A DNA stretch of 64,000 nt. Origin: Octopus vulgaris. Lineage: Eukaryota. The notes below the pieces were generated by a model. It was not told the DNA's origin and searched no databases. It saw only the letters and a list, made by a program, of their open reading frames with translations. A program made the position numbers and the translations under genes. Positions within the stretch are counted from its first letter, which is position 1. The number at the start of each line of letters is the position of its first letter. The DNA lies in NCBI GenBank assembly GCA_951406725.2, contig OX597835.1, positions 31,124,001 through 31,188,000 on the forward strand, read 5' to 3'. Below are positions 13,013-26,344 of the stretch, in pieces.

Positions 13013-13808
13013 TTGTCTCATTTTAGAGAGATTTAGCTGCTTTATTTAGCAAATCGTGCGACTTTATTGTTAAAGCTTCCTGTTTGGTTCGTAGAAGTAT
13101 GTAACAATTGCGGAAGTGACAATAAACGACGTATTCTGAGAGAAGAACATCGTCGGAAATATAAATCATTCTACAGTCCACATTGAGGTTTTATAACAAT
13201 GGCGGAAATACAAACAATAAATATAACACGCCGTGTATACAACAGAGGTGGGAATGTTGTCATTCATTTCACTGTAAGCTTAAAATGCCGTAATGGTGGA
13301 AATTCAAGCAGGAAACTGCGATCTAGAGAGCGCGGCATCGGCGGAAGTTGTGAGAGCATAATGCGTATAGTGTGAATGAGAAGGGGAGGTTGGTTATTAA
13401 GGGGGGGGGAGAAACAGTAAACACAAGGCACGCCTTTAGCATGTCAACGTTGAACAGATACAATGGACTTCCACACATTCGGATCGAAAGCAAAGCAGCG
13501 ATGTGGATGGACTCGTAGAGTACATATTTTGTACGGCGGAAACAATGGGAACAATTAATACCAGCCAATGACGCGGAAATACAAGGCTCTCGTGTCAGAA
13601 ACACACACATACACACACACACACATATACTCTCTCTCATACACACACACGCACTCACACACACACAAAAACACACACATGCATAGAAACAAGGTGTGTG
13701 TGTATAAAATGGCAACAAACATACACACACACTATGTATATATATATGTGTGTGCATGCGTAACTATCTAGCTATCTATCTATCTATCTATATCTATATC
13801 TATATCTA

Positions 13809-13859
<51 letters not shown>

Positions 13860-13954
13860 ATATCTATCTATCTATCTATCTATCGGTATATATATATTTG
13901 TGTATATATATATATCTGTCTGTCTATCTGTATATCTATTTTGCTATCTCTCTT

Positions 13955-14021
<67 letters not shown>

Positions 14022-14767
14022 CTATCTATCTATGATTATATACATACATATACATACATACATATGTATGTATGTGTGTGTATATGTGTAGGCATTCATT
14101 CATACATACATACATACATACTCATTTGTAATTACACAAGTGCACGTTCACACACACACACTTTCACACACAAATACATACAAACACACACACACGAACA
14201 CATACTTAAACACATATACGCACAGAAAAAGGAGCACAGCCTCCACCACAGTTAAAAAACCACCTCCATCACCACCATGAAAACACGTTCCTCTTTTTCG
14301 TTTCTCTACCTCTCTCCTTGTTCTCACTGTCTTTCTTCCTTCTCTACTGTCCTTCCTCTCTCTCTCTCTCACTAACTCTTTCACACACACACACACACCA
14401 CTGCCATTTACATATCTCTATACGAGCCAATCAGGGACAGTTTGCGCATTCGTTCAATTTGCTAGAAATAGCAGTAACATTTCACACACGAAGAGTAACT
14501 CAGTCTGTTCGATGAATAAATGGTTGTAGATGTACAGAGACGTGCGTATTGGTCAAGGCTGGACCTAATCAGACCTGAATGTCCAGGGGAAAACACGCAC
14601 TTTTACAGAACGATATTTGTTTCTATATAACCACAGTAGGATAGTAAAGAAACGCACCCACCCACACACACACTCATACGTACATACGTACGTACTTTCA
14701 TACATACACGCATACATACACACATACATATATACACACATACATACGTACGTACGTACATAATACA

Positions 14768-14801
<34 letters not shown>

Positions 14802-14894
14802 CGTACGTACATATATACATACATACATACATACATACATACATGCAACGTACCCACGTATACATTACCTATATAGCCACAAAATAATATTCTT

Positions 14895-15110
14895 TCCATG
14901 AAAATAGACAAGACCTGGCATTTGAGGGGAGGGGGGCCTATCGATTAATTCGACTTCATTACTCAGCTGGTACCTTTTTTTATCGATTCCAAAAGTATAA
15001 AATATAAAGGTGGCTTCGGCAGGATTTGAACTCAGAACGTAAAGAGCGAGAAGTAACGCCGCAAACATTTTGTTCGGCGCTCTAACAATTTTACCAGCAG
15101 TTCCCCGCCA
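14895..15110 (-). mobile_element. Degenerate SINE family B
   Basis: tcggcaggatttgaactcagaacgtaaag...ggcgctctaac matches family B. Confidence 0.75.
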
Positions 15111-15879
15111 TTACCTTCTCAGCCATTACTTTATTCCATTAAACCCCTATAGACAACCGGGTGTCCTTTAGTGAATATTTACCCTAAAAGGGATAGCAAA
15201 GGTGGAGGTGAGAAGTGGGGGGGGGGAGGAATAGAGTTGCGGGATGAGGGGGGAGAGGTAAAGTTTGGGTGCGTCCTTTCCAAACTGGTTCAACCTCTCT
15301 CCCTTTGTATTAAGACATCATTAGGGTACAAACGTTACTTTTGAGGAAAGGAGACGGGGGAGTCGATATAGGAGAGTGGACGAGGCGGAAGGGTGGAACA
15401 GGGGACGAATGTGCTAGTCAATAGGTGTTGTGGCTGGGCAGGGGTGTACGAGGGTGCGACGATCTAAAGAGAATTAGATGATGTGTGTATATAGAAGGGA
15501 GGAGGGTGCCGAGTGTAGAACCGTAAAATATGTGTGTCGTGTTAATGTGTAGTGGAGCATGATATACATACATAAACACATACAAACATATACATACATC
15601 TGTGTGTACACTTCCATGCGAACGCACATACACATTCACGCACACGCGCATACATACATGCGTACACACCCATTCATTTCTGAGTCTCTTGTTTATGTAA
15701 CATTAATTGCTACAAAGGTATTTGTGCGTATTAAAATGTATACATATATATATACACACAAGTATACATATATACATACCTATATAGATATGTGTGTGTG
15801 AGTGTGTGAATGTGTGTGAGTAAGTGTCTGAATGTTTATGTGTCTATGTATGTCTATGTGTATGTGTGTAAGTGCGCGC

Positions 15880-15974
<95 letters not shown>

Positions 15975-16117
15975 GTGTGTGTGTGTGTGTGTGTGTGTAT
16001 ACATACTGTCCAGTAGGAGTTTCTACGGCATGCACACGGGAAACAGCTGTGTAACTGGACACTGGATGAGCTCAAATTTACACCTATACTCTAGGCCTGT
16101 ACTGTGTTCGTCAACAG

Positions 16118-16160
<43 letters not shown>

Positions 16161-16202
16161 GAATAAAAAATGGAGTTAACGCAGGTTTAAACAAGTATTT
16201 TT

Positions 16203-16288
16203 ACTTTCTACACATGTTTCGGAAATTCCACTGATACTATTCAAAAGAATAAATGGTATAAACAATGCAATCTTCTCTTCGGGAAAGT
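16203..16288 (-). ncRNA. Type-I hammerhead ribozyme motif in the PLE 3'UTR (U4C core variant)
   Basis: ACTTTC-CCGAAGA-[long helix II capped by TATTC-TTTT-GAATA]-GAAAC-ATGT-GTA-GAAAGT; helix I ACTTTC/GAAAGT is perfect. Confidence 0.75.
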
Positions 16289-16470
16289 GAAAAAAAACGA
16301 AACTCGTCAATACGACATTTTAGCAAAAAATGATGGATTTGTATAGCGATAGACAGAACGCTATTAATATTGTTTAAAAACGTTATATGATATAACGTCA
16401 TAAGTAGCTAACAGAAAGAGTAGGGATACCAATAGTAAATTAAAGTTTAAATTATATATAATGATAGAGA

Positions 16471-17829
16471 CTACTTATATGCACTAAATGTATGTTTCTG
16501 CCAATGCTTATATCTGTATGCTCGTTCTATTACCGTGTTTACTAGAGTATTTTTAGAAAAAATAATGAAAAATAGCTCAGAATTGCAGAGAAGACAGAAT
16601 TTCTTGCCTTTGTCATATGGTATCGAAATTGAGAGGATCAACCATTCTAAATGAAATTGTGCATTGTGGTCTTTTAAATCCCAAATCAGTTTGCTGAGAC
16701 CGGTACTATTCCGTTTATTTCTATCCCTAAATGTTGAGTAATGGATAGAAATTCTTTTAGATAACTCTAACGATGTGCTTCCAATGTAAAATCGTACTTT
16801 ATTACGAGTACTGATTATACACTGGTATATAGAATTTTTAATCTTAGAGTTACTTGACATAAATTTAATTCTATTGGAATTGACTTCAGATACAATAACC
16901 TTGTTATTAATATTTCTAGAGGGTTGGATGGTATTAGCTAAATTAATGTTAGTATTAGTAAATGTATTAATATTTAACAGTTTGTTATTATGAGAGGATA
17001 TAATTTCCAAGAGATTTTTTGTGTTTGAAAAACCTATCCTAACCTTATGTGAATTAATTATAGAGTAATCTCTAGAATTGTTTGGAAATTTTCTAGCAAT
17101 AGCTTGACGAAACAGCAGTGGGAGATTAAATTTAATTTGTCTCCCGTAAGGAATTATTAACCAAATATTTTTACTAGTATTCATAGCGTAATTACTTTTG
17201 AAGGTGTTATATTTACTTTTAGATCGATAATAGGGGATTAAATAAGGGTTATCTGCCTTCATTCGCATTGTATCGGTGCGTAAGTTATGTTTGTTATCAA
17301 TAATTCTTTTACGACTAGAAATCTTATCTACATTATTGAATTTACAATTAGACTGAGCAGAATCAATGTAGAAAATTTTTTCTGTATAACCTGCTTTGAT
17401 TAAGGCAGAGTTATAGAATTCAGCGTTATTATTGAAAATATCAACATTAGCAGATAATTTAGATAATCTAAATGAAATATTCTTAACTAAATTCTTAGTA
17501 ATTGCTCCAGGATGATTACTAAATTTGCTAATGTACTTGAGATTGGTCAACGGTTTATGATATGGGAAGTAAGAGTCACTGTGTAAATAAAGAGTAATAT
17601 CTAAAAAGTTGGCCTTCGTCAGATCGTCATCAAAAACGATTTTTAAGCCCATTCTACTGAAAAAATTAACTAAACTATACTTAACTTTTTGTAACTTTTG
17701 GTTGGAAACATTTTGGAGGTAAAGTAAACAATCATCACGATATAGACCTCCATAAATGTTAGGGAACTCTTCAGCCATTTCAAAAAGAATATATATACAG
17801 ACCAAATATACAGCGATGTGTAGCAACAT
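16471..17829 (-). CDS. Penelope-like polyprotein fragment: C-terminal RT (LYRDD, NFLDITL, YHKP..YI...SNHP) + GIY-YIG endonuclease
   Basis: Motifs GLYRDDCL, FLDITL, SNHP; then IYQC..FYIGST..KRISIH..STGLSKLIWDLK..CLLCNSE..LVN. RT homology starts about 17810, so the annotated Met is not the natural start. Confidence 0.9.
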   Translation of the reverse strand: MLLHIAVYLVCIYILFEMAEEFPNIYGGLYRDDCLLYLQNVSNQKLQKVKYSLVNFFSRMGLKIVFDDDLTKANFLDITLYLHSDSYFPYHKPLTNLKYISKFSNHPGAITKNLVKNISFRLSKLSANVDIFNNNAEFYNSALIKAGYTEKIFYIDSAQSNCKFNNVDKISSRKRIIDNKHNLRTDTMRMKADNPYLIPYYRSKSKYNTFKSNYAMNTSKNIWLIIPYGRQIKFNLPLLFRQAIARKFPNNSRDYSIINSHKVRIGFSNTKNLLEIISSHNNKLLNINTFTNTNINLANTIQPSRNINNKVIVSEVNSNRIKFMSSNSKIKNSIYQCIISTRNKVRFYIGSTSLELSKRISIHYSTFRDRNKRNSTGLSKLIWDLKDHNAQFHLEWLILSISIPYDKGKKFCLLCNSELFFIIFSKNTLVNTVIERAYRYKHWQKHTFSAYK

Positions 17830-17854
17830 CTGATAGCCTGGTCAGTCACGTGAT

Positions 17855-17920
<66 letters not shown>

Positions 17921-17934
17921 AGATATAATATATA

Positions 17935-18062
17935 GAGGCAGGCGTAGTTCTGGGTTCAGTCCCACTGTGTGGCACTTTCGAAAAGCGTCTTCTACTGTAG
18001 CCTCGAGTCGTCCAAAGTCTTGTCAGTGGACTCAGTAGACGGAAACCGAAAGAAGCCCATCG

Positions 18063-18097
<35 letters not shown>

Positions 18098-18325
18098 CTG
18101 TCTGTCTGTTTTCTGTCTGTCTGTCTGTATTTGTACCCCGCTCACCATCGCTTGACAACCGATATTGGTGTATTTAAGTCTCCGTAACTTAGCGGTTCGA
18201 CAAAAAAGAGACAGATACAATTAGAAGTCGGCTTACAAAGAACAAGTCCTGGTGTCGATCTGTTCAACTAAAGGCGGTGATCCAGCATGACCGCAGTTAA
18301 ATAACTGAAACAAATAAAAGAATAT
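17935..18325 (+). mobile_element. SINE family A
   Basis: gggttcagtcccactgtgtggcac...cggaaaccgaaagaagccc...aaaggcggtgatccagcatgaccgcagttaaataactgaaac. Confidence 0.9.
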
Positions 18326-18579
18326 AAGAATATATATATATATAACGAGGTATGTTTTGTGAAGCATTGTGAGGTATAACTTGAAAGAATGTAGTTGTGT
18401 AAAGACTGAACAATTCGAGAAGGTACGATGTTAAGTAGAAAAGGAAAAGAAAGCAGAACATAGGTGTAGTTTTACTTCGTATTTCTATATTTTGGGGTGA
18501 AGAGCCCTTCTTCAGGACACTTGAGAAAAGCGGTATTCGGTGTGGGAACGTAATACCCGCGATAGTCAAAGGATTACTG

Positions 18580-18618
<39 letters not shown>

Positions 18619-18699
18619 TCATACACACACGCATACTAGGGCGAAGTCGGAAGTGGCAAGGGTAAATTTGATGGTAAGTTGAAGTTTCACACGCATGGG

Positions 18700-19023
18700 T
18701 TTCATTGGAAGGGGGGAGGTAGTAGGAGTAGTTCTCATGATAATAGGGATCGTGATGATGTCGGATGTGGTGGCGTTCATGGTGATTACGGTGATGGTAA
18801 ATGCGATGCTGCTGCTGCTGATGATGATGATGGTGGTGGTTAGGGCAGGTGATGACGATGAAAATGCCAGTGATAATGTCGCTGCTGCGGCTGCTGCTGC
18901 TGATGATGATGACGATGACGATGACGATGGCGATGACGATGATGATGATGATGATGATGATGATGTTGATGATGATGATGATAACGATGACGATGACGAT
19001 GATGATGATGATAATGATGATGA

Positions 19024-19054
<31 letters not shown>

Positions 19055-20177
19055 AGTGGTGGTGGTGAGGGAAGGGAGGAAATACGTAGGATGCAATTTT
19101 AATGAAACAATATCGGTAACAGTTCTCCACCACACCACCATAAATGCCATTACCACAACAACAACAACCACAACAGCAACAGCAGCAGCAGAACTCCCGC
19201 CATTATTTCTCATCGACTTCACAACCAAAATAACCACCGCCACCGCCATCATCATCATCATCATCATTTTCACTATCACCACCGTTACCACCCCTACAAC
19301 CACCAAAAAACATCACCGCCATCGCATCCACCACCAACATCACTAAACGTACTCACTGCTAACGCCACCACCACAACCTCAACAATCATTACCATTGCCA
19401 TCACCACCACCGACATCACAATCACCACCATAACTACCACCACCGCCATCACCACAACCGTCTTACTACCTTGCCACTACCACCACCACCACCTCCTCGA
19501 ACTACTACTACTACTACTACGACATCAGCATCACCATTTTGCCACAACACCACAATCAAAACTACCACCACCATCACTACCACAACCACCACCACCAACT
19601 CCAACACCTCAATCAAAACCAGCACCACCACCACCACTACCACCGCCAATACCAATACCTTTACCATCACAAACACTACTACCACCATTACCATCACCAC
19701 CTTCACTACCACCATTACAACCACCGCCGGCGTTACCACTACCGCCACCATTCTAACATACTACACCACCACTATCTTGCAATGCCACCACCATCTCCTC
19801 CACAGGCCACCACTACAACAACTACCACAACTTCCTCCACCACTATTATCACTACCACCACCAACATCATCATAACCACCACTATCCCCACCAGCGCCAC
19901 TGCCACCACTATCCCCACCAGCGCCACTGCCACCACTACACTCCCCACTCCTTCCACGTCCCTCCACCACCCCCTATGCCACTAAGCACCATTACTGTCA
20001 GAGATATCCATTGAGTGTAGCTAATCAAGCCAGCATCACATGCTAGCAGCGCCATCTGCTCCGCTATAAAACCTTGTCCCCTTAACAAGGAACTATATTT
20101 TCGTTAACCCCTATTTTAGGGGTTCATCAGTCCAATTTTTTAAAGTCATTGCTTATTGTTCTTATTGTTCCCATCCA

Positions 20178-20210
<33 letters not shown>

Positions 20211-20780
20211 TTCAGCAGTAGCAGCATCTCCGGCACGATCTTCATCATCATTATCATCATCACAGACATCATCATCAGTAGCAGTAGTTCCAGAAGAAGA
20301 ATTATTGACCCTGCTATGATGATGATGGTGATGATCGTGATCATGGTCATCTTCATCACCATCATCATCAATATCCTCAGCCTCAGCATCATTAGCAGCA
20401 GCAACAGCAGTAGCAGAAGCAGCAGTAGGAGTTACAGCATCGTCTTCATCATTTCGTAATCATCATCATCTTCATTTTTCACTTACACCACCACCGCGGG
20501 TACCCCTATCATCGCCACCATCGTCATCGCTATCACTATCATCATCATCGTCATCATCATCGTCATCGTCGTCGTCGTTGTCGTCGCCATCATCTTCATC
20601 GTTGTCGTCATCACTCCCACCACGATCATCAACACTTCCGCCACCATCACCCCCAGCACCAACATCATTTCTGCCGCCGCCGCTGCCACCGCCACCACTA
20701 CCAACACCACTACAACAACAACAACAAACCAACAACAACAACCATCATCATCGTCGTCGTCGTCATCGCTATTACTATGG
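18700..20780. repeat. Degenerate trinucleotide low-complexity block ((GAT)n, (CAC)n, (CAT)n)
   Basis: Mixed triplet runs giving homopolymeric translations in all frames. Confidence 0.85.
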
Positions 20781-20979
20781 AGCTGGGTGAATCTTTAAGA
20801 GACTGGACAGTTCAGTTAGTGGTACTTCTTCCGGTGCTTTACGTTGAGAGTTGAATTGTGGTGCCCAGTTCAAGTTTCGCTATCTTCTTTTCCGGGTGGA
20901 TAGAATAAAGAACTACTGAATTACTAGAATTGATGTAATCGTCTAAAACTGCTGTCATTGTGCCAAAATTTAAATCCAT

Positions 20980-21170
<191 letters not shown>

Positions 21171-21244
21171 TTAGGCTTGTCTTGCAGCAGCTCGTCTCCT
21201 TGACGTAGCTGCAGTCCTGGGTGAAGAGAAGACTGGGGCAATAT

Positions 21245-21374
21245 TTGTAAGCCTAGTACTTAGTCTATCGGAACCTTTTTGCCAAACCGCTAAGTTACAG
21301 GAACGTAAGCACGCCATCATTGGTTGTCAAGCGATGTCGGGAGACAAATACAAACTCACAGACATATACACACA

Positions 21375-21464
<90 letters not shown>

Positions 21465-21600
21465 CTTTCAGTTTCCGCCTACCAAATCCACTCACTAGGC
21501 TTTGGTCCGCCCGTGGCTATAATAATCCCATACAGTAGGATTGAACTCAGAACCATATGGTTGGTAAGCAAGCTGTTTGCCACACAGCCGCTTCTGCGCC
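21245..21600 (-). mobile_element. SINE family A
   Basis: ctttcagtttccgcctaccaaatccactcac...aaccatatggttggtaagcaagct...cacacagccgcttctgcgcc. Confidence 0.85.
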
Positions 21601-22257
21601 AATTCAACAAGCAAAAACTGAAATACATTGGATAAAAAATTAAATCCTTGTTATCCGTAAAACGTCGAGGTAGCCATTATTGAAATATTGTCGATCGCGG
21701 ATGTGTTCAATGAATGTTGATCTTGGAATAAACACAAATATCAACAGAAACAATACAGACTTGTTTCCCGATGTCTACAGTCCTCATATCAAGTTATCTC
21801 CCCTGTAAACCGGAAACGTTTAAGCTAATCTAAGAAATCCTACAAGCGCAGAATCTACTTCAAAATGGCGGAAATGTAACGACGTCATATTTTTATGTTC
21901 TTCCATGTTTATTGTAAAACAATGCGGTCCCTCTGTCAATCCCAATGTATAAAACCCTCGCACATATTTTCTGTATGTTTTCTCTAGGCTGATAGAAATA
22001 GCAGCGAAAGCTCTCTCACGTGTCACCACACCTTGTTCGTAAAAGATGGTCGGGTTTCATAATGTGTCCCCTGCGTAGAAGCAAATATAACAGGAACTGG
22101 AATATAATTAGTTTCACTGATTTTGATCATAAATTTTGAATCTGGGACTAAACTAAAAAGGGACTGCGCAATCTACCCCACTCTCTACCACACGCGCCCA
22201 TATTGTCTCTCCATCTATTTGTATGTATGTATACATGTATATAGTTATGTATATATG

Positions 22258-22291
<34 letters not shown>

Positions 22292-22343
22292 TGTATGTAT
22301 GTATGTATGTTTGTATCTATCTATCTATCTATCTATCTATCTA

Positions 22344-22382
<39 letters not shown>

Positions 22383-22459
22383 GCACCTTTGTCTCTCTCT
22401 CTCTGTATTATATATATGTACTTATATATAATATATATATGTATATATTAATATGTACT

Positions 22460-22496
<37 letters not shown>

Positions 22497-22579
22497 ATGT
22501 ATGTATGCATGTATGTATGTATGTATGTATGTATGTATGTATGTATGTATGTATGTATGTATGTATGTATGTATGTATG

Positions 22580-22735
22580 TTCCTTGTTTCTTTCTGTGTT
22601 CCTTTCTGTGGAAGAGCGTATACTCGAAACGTTAAACACTTTTTCACTTCCCGAGCGTTATACTAATACATCTGTTTGTTGTCTATGCCACCTGTCTTCA
22701 TCTTTTGTTCTGTTTTTGTGAATTTCTCCTGTATA
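22580..22735 (+). mobile_element. Short Penelope-like end (family P3-related) with degenerate minimal hammerhead at 22603-22637
   Basis: TTT-CTGTGGA-A-GAG-CGTATA-CTC-GAAAC-GTT-AAA, flanked by microsatellites on both sides. Confidence 0.55.
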
Positions 22736-22759
22736 CACACACATAAATATAAATATATA

Positions 22760-22821
<62 letters not shown>

Positions 22822-23019
22822 TATATGTATGTATGTATTTGTATATACATATATATATATATATATGTACACAATACATTTTTATGTATACACACACATA
22901 TATATACATATATATGCACATATACGCACACACATTCATAAAATAGGGCATACTGAATGCACAAAACATACACATTCGCACATTCGCACTGCAACACCAG
23001 CATGTGCATTACGACCACG

Positions 23020-23497
23020 ACCGCAACCATTACTACCACCACTACCATCAACACCCTCCCACCACCACTTCAATTAAACCATTTACTTTAATTCACCTCC
23101 CTCCACCTTATAAACAGTTGTCATTATATCGTATTATCACTCCCTCTCTCTCTCCCTCTCTCTCTCCTCTCTCTCTCCTCTCCTCTCTCCCTCACTCTCT
23201 CTCCTCTCTCTCTCTCTCTCTCCCTCTCCAACAGTTTTATTCAATAGAAGCATGTATGCAATATATCCTCTTCCTTCTCCCCTACTTCGAGTTTCAAAAC
23301 TCTACCTCCCACCACTTCCACCACCACCGCCGCCGCCGCCTTCGCATGTAACAACAAACTAAACAATCCACCAACACCACCACTACTACCAAGGTCGCCG
23401 CCACCACTACCAATGCCAATAACTCTGCAACACCACCGACCACCACCACTACCACCACCGACCACCACCACTACCACCACCGACCACCACCACTACC

Positions 23498-23529
<32 letters not shown>

Positions 23530-24120
23530 CAGCAACAACAACAACGACAGCAACTATAACACCAACCACACTACCATAATCACAAACACCACTGACACCA
23601 CCACCACCACTAACACCACCACTATTACCACTAGCACTACCACTGCCTTCTTCGGAAGCTCATGCCACCGTCACAACTAACACCACTGACACCACCACCA
23701 CTACGATCACCACTACGGTAACCCCACCATCTCCACCATCATCACCACTACTACCATCACCACTACTACCATCACCACCACTGTCACCACCACCACAATC
23801 TCAGAAAGTTCATGGCCACCAACACCATCACCCCCACCACCACCAATTACAACAGTCAGCAGCAACTACAACCATGACCACATCCACCACTACTACCACC
23901 ACCTGCTATAACCACAACCATGACACCAATAACAACAGGAACCACGCCACCATCACCACCACCAACAACAACAAACCACTACTGTCACTACTACCACCTC
24001 AAAAAGCTACCACAACCACAGCCACATTGCTGCCCACACTGCCCCCAAAACCTACCACTGCTATCACTACATGCAGCCCCATCACCGCCAGGCCCCTTAC
24101 CACTGCAAGCACACACTATA
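23020..24120. repeat. (CAC/ACC)n-rich low-complexity block
   Basis: Direct reading. Confidence 0.8.
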
Positions 24121-25759
24121 AAACAGATCTAATTTGTCGGGCCTAGTTGGGCCGTGAAATTTGTTAGCAAGAGAAACACACGACTCGATCTAGTCTTGAA
24201 TAGCGAACAGCAAACTCGAGTTTTATTCAATGCCTTCATCTCTTTATCTAATCTGGCGGACAAAATTATTCAGAAACTTATCTCGCCAAAACTAGAATCG
24301 ATTTGGAGGCGAAAAACTGGTCATAATTAGGAAATAAATCTCCAATTGGTGCCTTAATGTCAAACAATCTAATCCCTTTGCTTCCCAAATTAAATGTTTC
24401 AAAGCCGCCTCTCTGCTGAGATTACTTGTTAAAATACACCATCGCACCAAACCTAACCACTACCACCAACAACACCATCTCACACACACACACACACATA
24501 CATTCTTTCTTCGTCATTCTTAACTGCCTCCTCCTCCTTTCTTTCATTCCTTCCTTCTTTCCTCCTTGTTTTCCTTCTTTCTTTCTTTTCTTCTTTCTGT
24601 CTTTCTTTCATCCTTCCTCTTCCTCGTTTTCTTTCTTTCTTCCCTCCCTTTTTTGTCCCTGCTCCTCCCTTTCTTTCTTTCCTCCTCTTTTCTCTTTCCT
24701 CCCTTCTTCCTCCGTCGTCTTCCTTTCTTATTTTTCGTTTCTTCTTACTTTTTTCGTTCTTTCTGTATGTTGTTGTTGTTGTTGTTGTTGTTCTCGTTCT
24801 TGTTCTTGTTCTTGTTCTTGTTCTTGTTCTTGTTCTTCTTCTTCTTCTTCTTCTTCTTCTTCTTCTTCTTCTTCTTCTTCATCATCTTCTTCTTCTTCTT
24901 CTTCTTCTTCTTCTCCTCCTCCTTCTTCATGTAATAAATATCATCGCGTTGTCGTCATCATTTTCATCATCATCATCACCTTTTTTCTTCTTCGTCTTCT
25001 ACCTCCCTTCTTATTCATCTTTCCCTCCTCCTCCCCTTCTTCTTCTTCTTCTTCTTCTTCTTCCTCTTTTTCTTCTTCTTCTTCTTCTTCTTCTTCTTCT
25101 TCTACCTCTTCGTCCTTCTTCCACATCTCTTCCTTATTCTCTTTTTCCTTCCCCTCACCCTCCACCTAAACACACCCTTTCGTTTTCTCCCTCCGTTTCG
25201 CTTCATTTTTTCTTTCCTATACAAATCCCCCCCGTCACCCAATCCTTTCTATTTCATTATATTTCATCTCTCCATCCTCATTTTATTTTTCTTTCATTCC
25301 TTATCCTTCACCCCCACCTCCCTCCCTCCCTCACTCTCCCCTCACACCCGCTTCACGCCCATTCCTCCTTCTTCGTTTCGCGCTCCGTCAAATCCACCCC
25401 CCACCCCAACTCACAATCATCTAAACCCCAAGCCAGCTCACCCCTTAACACGTCCGGCTCCATTCTACCGCCATCCTCTCTCTCTATCTCTATTTCTTTC
25501 ATCTCATCTCTTTCGATAATGATGATGCTAATGCTGTTGTTACTAGTGTGCCTTCTTCACTTATCCTTGTTGCCGTTGTGATTGTTGTCAATGGTGTTGT
25601 TATGCTTTCCGTTGTTATTGTTGTGGCTGCTGTTGCAGTTGCTATTGTCCTCGCTGTCATTTCTATTACTATTAGTTGTTGTAGCTGTTATTGTTGTTGT
25701 TCACGCTACTGCGATTGTTTCCATTTTTGTAATTATTATTATTATTATTATTATTATTA

Positions 25760-25817
<58 letters not shown>

Positions 25818-25819
25818 TC

Positions 25820-26228
25820 TTTTACTCTTTTATTTGTTTCAGTCATTTGACTGCGGACATGCTGGAGCACCGCCTTTAGTCGAGGAAATCGACCCCAGCA
25901 TTTATTCTTAGTAAGCCTAGTACTTATTCTATCGGTGTCTTTTTGCAGAACCGCTATGTTACGGGGACATAAACACACCAGCATCGGTTGTCAAGCGATG
26001 TTGGGGGGGGGGGACAAACACAGACACATAAACGCACACATACATATATACATATACATATGTACGACGAGCTTCTTTCTGTTTCCTTCTACCAAATCCA
26101 CTCCCAAGGCTTTGGTCGGCCAGAGGCTATAGTAGAAGGGACTTGCCCAAGGTTCCACGCAGTGGGACTGAACCCGGAAGCATATGGTTGGTAAGCAAAC
26201 TACTTACCACACAGCTACTCCTACGCCA
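25820..26228 (-). mobile_element. SINE family A, full length
   Basis: gtttcagtcatttgactgcggacatgctggagcaccgcc...cttaccacacagctactcctacgcc. Confidence 0.92.
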
Positions 26229-26244
26229 ATATATAATGTGTGAC

Positions 26245-26340
26245 GCTTAGAGCACCTAGGTTTCCCAAGCGGTCACCCATCTAAGTACTGACTAAGCCCG
26301 ACGTTGCTTACCTTCAGTGATCGGACGGGAACCTGTGCTG
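26245..26340 (-). pseudogene. 5S rRNA: 5S rRNA pseudogene lacking about the first 20 nt
   Basis: Minus strand CAGCACAGGTTCCCGTCCGATCACTGAAGGTAAGCAACGTCGGGCTTAGTCAGTACTTAGATGGGTGACCGCTTGGGAAACCTAGGTGCTCTAAGC matches metazoan 5S (CCGATCACCGAAGTTAAGCA...AGTACTTGGATGGGTGACCGCCTGGGAA) with substitutions; no oligo-T terminator. Confidence 0.88.
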
Positions 26341-26344
26341 TAAT

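Larger units (their letters stand above)
16161..17860 (-). mobile_element. 5'-truncated Penelope-like retroelement (Naiad-type) inserted in (TA)n
   Basis: 452-aa open frame with RT, thumb and GIY-YIG domains, a 3'UTR with a hammerhead motif, and (TA)n immediately on both sides. Confidence 0.9.

Noticed and set aside
18460-18520. CTGAAGAAGGG...CCC on the minus strand as another hammerhead
   Set aside because: The GAAA core is replaced and helix I does not pair; too degenerate to call.
18566-20790. His-, Asp- and Thr-rich ORFs resembling mucin or metal-binding proteins
   Set aside because: Open on both strands and in several frames from degenerate triplet repeats; no domain or convincing exon structure.
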